Assembly (NCBI GenBank): GCA_002366995.1 | Contig: DFCM01000125.1 | Coordinates: forward strand, 775 to 40,653 | DNA from: a bacterium UBP3_UBA3054 | GTDB lineage: Bacteria; Auribacterota; UBA3054 | Reading direction: 5' to 3' | Length of the DNA stretch: 39,879 nucleotides | Shown: positions 36,833 through 39,879 of the stretch, one piece after another | Layout: each line of letters starts with the position of its first letter | How positions within the stretch are numbered: the stretch's first letter is position 1 | The notes under the pieces: model-generated | Told to the model about the DNA's origin: nothing | Databases searched by the model: none | What the model saw: only the letters and a program-made list of their open reading frames with translations | Program-made: the position numbers and the translations under genes

Positions 36833-38299
36833 TCAGAAACGGCGGTAGTCGGAAAGCCTCACGACCTTAAGGGCGAAAGCCAATATCATGAAGACAATAC
36901 CGTAAACGAGCCAGGTCAGATAGACCGGAACATATGGCTTTATGAAGAAAACGACCGGCAGGGTGATGAGCGCCAGGATAGCCGGCCTGGCAAGCGCCAG
37001 AAGGCTCTCTTTGGCGCGGCCGAATTCGGCAAAACTGATCACATACCCGATGAACATGATGGAAAGCGAAACGACCATGGAAAGCGCGGAAGCTATGGGC
37101 GCCAAGGTCGGATCGTTGTCCCTCTTCAGGCAGAGAAAGTAGATCAGGATAACGTTGGAAAGGATGTTGCCTATCAGACTGGCAAGGTTGATGAAGAAGA
37201 CCTTGCGCTCCTTCTCCTTGACGTAAAGGACATGCCCGAAGAAGGGGCAGAAAAGGTCAAGCCCCTGGCCCCAGATCAGGATCTGGAGCGCCAGGGCGCC
37301 TTCCACAAATTCTTTGCCGTAGACGAGGTCAAGGATCCTTGAGGCTTCCAGCGTCGCCCAGAAAAGGAACGGGAACCCAAGGCAGCCGATCCACCTCAAG
37401 CTTATCATGACTCTCTGCCAGAAGTCCTCCTCCCCCGCTTCTTTGCTGCTGGCTAAAGCGGGATACATGGACTCCGTGAAAGAGTTCGTCAAAAAGAGCG
37501 GTATAAGCACCAAATTGTACGCGGCGCCGTAAACGCCCAGCTGCGCCTTGAAGCCGAACCACCACAAAAGCACGTGGTCGAATTTAAGGTGCAGCGTAGA
37601 GGTGAACATGATCGTGAAGAACTGCCAGCCCTGGGTCAGCATCTCCATTATCACTTTCAAGCTCGGTTTGGGAAGTCCCAGCTTGTAGCGCAGTCTAAGG
37701 GCGATCGTTCCGAGAACCAGAGGAACGAAGGCGCCGAGGGCGAAGTAAACGGCCATCAGCCTCGTCTTGACGTCCAAGCCGCATTTCGCGAAGCAGAGCG
37801 TTCCGAAGCCGAGGGCGACGTAGAGCACTTTGCCGATCAGGAAAAGCGCCGCCTCAAGGTGATTGTCCTGATGGCCTCTTAGGATGGCCGCCATCGACAT
37901 GTACCAGGCGTTGGCGAAAAGGAAGAGGCAGAAGAGCGCGATGAGCGTCAGATCTTCGCCGCCCGCCCCGAAACCGAGGAGATCCCTGAGAACGAGCGCG
38001 CCAAGCGCCAAGGCGACGGCCAAAATGGAGCAGAAGGTCTTAAGGATTACGGAATTCCAGAAAAGCTCGTCGCTTCTTTCCGGCTCCCTGGCCACGATCC
38101 TCGTCATGAGCGTGCCAAGTCCGTATTCCGCGACGATGGAGAACATTACGATCCAGGAGAGGGCGCCGGTAAAATCGCCGTAGAATTCCTTGCCAAGGGC
38201 CCGTGTCAGATAGATATTGAAAATTGCCGTCAGAGCATGGGAGGCGGCTTTGCCGGTAAAGAGGGAAAAAGTGTTTCTCAGGACACGGTTGATCTGCAT
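36833..38299 (-). CDS. Polysaccharide/oligosaccharide flippase, MOP superfamily (Wzx-like)
   Basis: 488 aa with about 12-14 TM helices. The N-terminal VLRNTFSLFTGKAASHALTAIFNIYLTRALGKEFYGDF is typical of Polysacc_synt family proteins. Confidence 0.8.
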   Translation of the reverse strand: MQINRVLRNTFSLFTGKAASHALTAIFNIYLTRALGKEFYGDFTGALSWIVMFSIVAEYGLGTLMTRIVAREPERSDELFWNSVILKTFCSILAVALALGALVLRDLLGFGAGGEDLTLIALFCLFLFANAWYMSMAAILRGHQDNHLEAALFLIGKVLYVALGFGTLCFAKCGLDVKTRLMAVYFALGAFVPLVLGTIALRLRYKLGLPKPSLKVIMEMLTQGWQFFTIMFTSTLHLKFDHVLLWWFGFKAQLGVYGAAYNLVLIPLFLTNSFTESMYPALASSKEAGEEDFWQRVMISLRWIGCLGFPFLFWATLEASRILDLVYGKEFVEGALALQILIWGQGLDLFCPFFGHVLYVKEKERKVFFINLASLIGNILSNVILIYFLCLKRDNDPTLAPIASALSMVVSLSIMFIGYVISFAEFGRAKESLLALARPAILALITLPVVFFIKPYVPVYLTWLVYGIVFMILAFALKVVRLSDYRRF

Positions 38300-38317
38300 A
38301 CGCCGGTAATAAAAAAA

Positions 38318-38394
38318 TGGTCGGAGCGACTGGATTTGAACCAGCGACCACTTGACCCCCAGTCAAGTGCGCTACCAGGCTGCGCTACGCTCCG
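38318..38394 (-). tRNA. tRNA-Pro (anticodon GGG), CCA encoded
   Basis: The hand-folded 77-nt cloverleaf is CGGAGCG-TA-GCGC-AGCCTGGTA-GCGC-A-CTTGA-CTGGGGG-TCAAG-TGGTC-GCTGG-TTCAAAT-CCAGT-CGCTCCG-A-CCA. The 7-bp acceptor stem is perfect, and the D, anticodon and T stems all pair. GGG is centred in the 7-nt anticodon loop, with G37. Confidence 0.95.
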
Positions 38395-38467
38395 ACACAT
38401 TTCTCCTTATGCTACCACAACGAGGGTTAAAATACAAGTGGCGGGCCGTTGGCGAAGGTGCTTTTTA

Positions 38468-38496
38468 TTGCATAAAAACCACCTTTAAGATAAAAT
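38468..38496 (+). promoter_or_regulatory. Candidate sigma70-type promoter for tolB (TTGCAT, 17-nt spacer, TAAAAT)
   Basis: TTGCAT is at 38468..38473 and TAAAAT at 38491..38496 with an exact 17-nt spacer, about 38 nt upstream of the ATG at 38535. Confidence 0.4.
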
Positions 38497-38534
38497 AAAC
38501 AAATAAAGGTTAAAACTAACATAGGGATACAGCC

Positions 38535-39791
38535 ATGAAAAAATCGCTTCTTTGTCTTCTCACGATCCTAGTAGTGTCTTCCGCTTTCGCGGAGGACGTC
38601 ATCAACCCCGGAACGGTGCGCGGAACGGCGCAGCGCCAGGGCATCCCTATTTATGTCTGCGACTTCAGGGGCGGCGCGGTCTCCATTGCCGACGTCGTCA
38701 GGAAGGACCTCAACCTCCACGGCGGTTTTTCCCTGGCGCGCATCTCCTCTAGCGACGCGACGACTCTCAACAACGCCGACTACAGCCAGGGCGCCATCCA
38801 CTTCCAGAACTGGCGCAACTTAGGCTGCGCGCTGATCGGCAAAGGCGAAGTCTCCGGCTCGACCCTGACCTTCAAGCTCTACAACACCGCCAACGGCTCC
38901 GCCGTGATGGGCAAGACTTACAACATGGGTTCCGTCTCCCCGCGCAGGGTGGCCCATGCCATCGCCAACGACATCGTCCAGGACGTCCTGAAGGAGAAAG
39001 GCTTCTTCCAGTCCAGGATGCTCTATGCCTCGGGCTACGGCCGCTCGAAGAACATCGTGATGTGCGACATTCTGGGCGGCGACAAGAAGAACCTTACGAG
39101 CGGCAGCGACCTCAACACTTTCCCGGACTGGTATCCCGATCACAAGAACATCCTCTATACGAGCTACCGCGCCAACCACGCCGTCATCTACAAGCTTGAT
39201 CTGACGAGCGGCAAGACGCAGAAGCTTCTGGCCATGCCCGGCATGAACACCTCCGGCTGCGTTTCCCCCGACGGCAGGCAGCTGGCCGCCATCCTTGACA
39301 AGGACGGCTTCCCGGAACTCTACACCTACGCCCTGAACGGCGGCTCGCACAAGCGCCTGACCAGAGGCCGCGACAACGAGTCCTCCCCCTCCTGGTCCCC
39401 TGACAGCAGCAAGATCGTCTTCTCCTGCGACGAGGGCAAGAGCCCCCAGATCTACATCATGAACGCCAGTGGCGGCGGCCGCACCCGCATCTGCCGCAAC
39501 GTCTCCCGTTACTGCACGAGCCCGGCCTGGTCGCCTGACGGCAAGAAGATTGCCTTCGTCGCCCAGATCGGCGGCAACTACGAAGTCTGTGTCTGCGATC
39601 TTTCCAGCGGCAACTCGAAGAACGTCACGAACAATCCCTCTAACGACGAGTTCCCCTGCTGGGCCGCGGACTCCCGCCACATCGTCTTCGCCCGCGCCGG
39701 CTCTTCCATCGTGATAGTGGACAGCGAGACCGGAAAGGAAACGACGCTAGTTTCCGGCGGCAGCAACACCTCGCCCGCGCTTGAACCATGA
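38535..39791 (+). CDS. tolB: TolB-like periplasmic beta-propeller protein
   Basis: 418 aa. It has the signal peptide MKKSLLCLLTILVVSSAFA and a TolB-N-like region (VVRKDLNLHGGFSL). Repeated PD40/WD40-like units follow (PDWYPDHKNILYTS, CVSPDGRQLA, PSWSPDSSKIVF, PAWSPDGKKIAF, PCWAADSRHIVF). Confidence 0.8.
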   Translation: MKKSLLCLLTILVVSSAFAEDVINPGTVRGTAQRQGIPIYVCDFRGGAVSIADVVRKDLNLHGGFSLARISSSDATTLNNADYSQGAIHFQNWRNLGCALIGKGEVSGSTLTFKLYNTANGSAVMGKTYNMGSVSPRRVAHAIANDIVQDVLKEKGFFQSRMLYASGYGRSKNIVMCDILGGDKKNLTSGSDLNTFPDWYPDHKNILYTSYRANHAVIYKLDLTSGKTQKLLAMPGMNTSGCVSPDGRQLAAILDKDGFPELYTYALNGGSHKRLTRGRDNESSPSWSPDSSKIVFSCDEGKSPQIYIMNASGGGRTRICRNVSRYCTSPAWSPDGKKIAFVAQIGGNYEVCVCDLSSGNSKNVTNNPSNDEFPCWAADSRHIVFARAGSSIVIVDSETGKETTLVSGGSNTSPALEP

Positions 39792-39879
39792 GCATCATCC
39801 CCGATATAACGGCCGTGGGCTCCATGGCCCTCGACACCGTCACGACGCACTACGGGACGCATGAGAACTGCCTGGGCGG
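39788..39879 (+). CDS. PfkB/ribokinase-family carbohydrate kinase (N-terminal fragment; runs off the right edge)
   Basis: My translation gives MSIIPDITAVGSMALDTVTTHYGTHENCLGG. The GS.ALD...T...G......GG pattern is the usual PfkB N-terminal strand/lid motif. The ATG overlaps the tolB stop (ATGA at 39788..39791). Only 30 codons are visible. Confidence 0.45.
   Translation, partial: MSIIPDITAVGSMALDTVTTHYGTHENCLG

Noticed and set aside
38040-38488. ORFs 38040..38366 (minus strand) and 38237..38488 (plus strand), which cross the tRNA-Pro gene.
   Set aside because: They read through a perfectly folding tRNA and through the flippase N-terminus and promoter spacer. No motif or start signal supports them.

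Overview
This is a compact chromosomal segment with about 35 protein-coding genes and one tRNA. Nearly everything lies on the minus strand; only an aminotransferase, tolB and a partial pfkB-type kinase are on the plus strand. Coding regions are moderately GC-rich, and the spacers are short and AT-rich. I saw no rRNA, CRISPR array, transposase or prophage.

Content by group:
- Housekeeping: partial xerC/D-like recombinase, infA, ispH, tyrS, tsaB, pta, ung, tkt, tRNA-Pro(GGG).
- Dispersed envelope/exopolysaccharide genes: rfbC, a GT4, a 2-hydroxyacid dehydrogenase, a PEP-CTERM-type secreted protein, ugd, a small phosphoglycosyl transferase, fcl, a GT2, a YfhO-like GT-C membrane protein and a Wzx-like flippase.
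- K+ homeostasis genes: ktrB, ktrA and an NhaP2-type antiporter.
- An amino-sugar operon: ROK kinase, PIG-L deacetylase, nagB.
- A tight three-gene operon of unknown function at 29079..32266. It is built around a GlmL/MutL-like actin-fold ATPase with no B12 mutase nearby. I consider it the best candidate for an undescribed system.

Four features are missing from the ORF track and were found by reading the sequence: the edge-truncated recombinase (1..812), a 50-aa lipoprotein (32310..32462), tRNA-Pro (38318..38394) and the edge-truncated kinase (39788..39879).

Almost every spacer longer than 40 nt carries a correctly oriented extended -10 element (TGnTAnnAT). This gives an operon map and predicts two leaderless mRNAs.

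TolB, a lipobox lipoprotein and a PEP-CTERM tail point to a diderm, possibly in the PVC group; that is a guess only. All family calls come from reading motifs in the translations by eye. No database search was possible, and my own hand-derived coordinates may be off by 1-2 nt.
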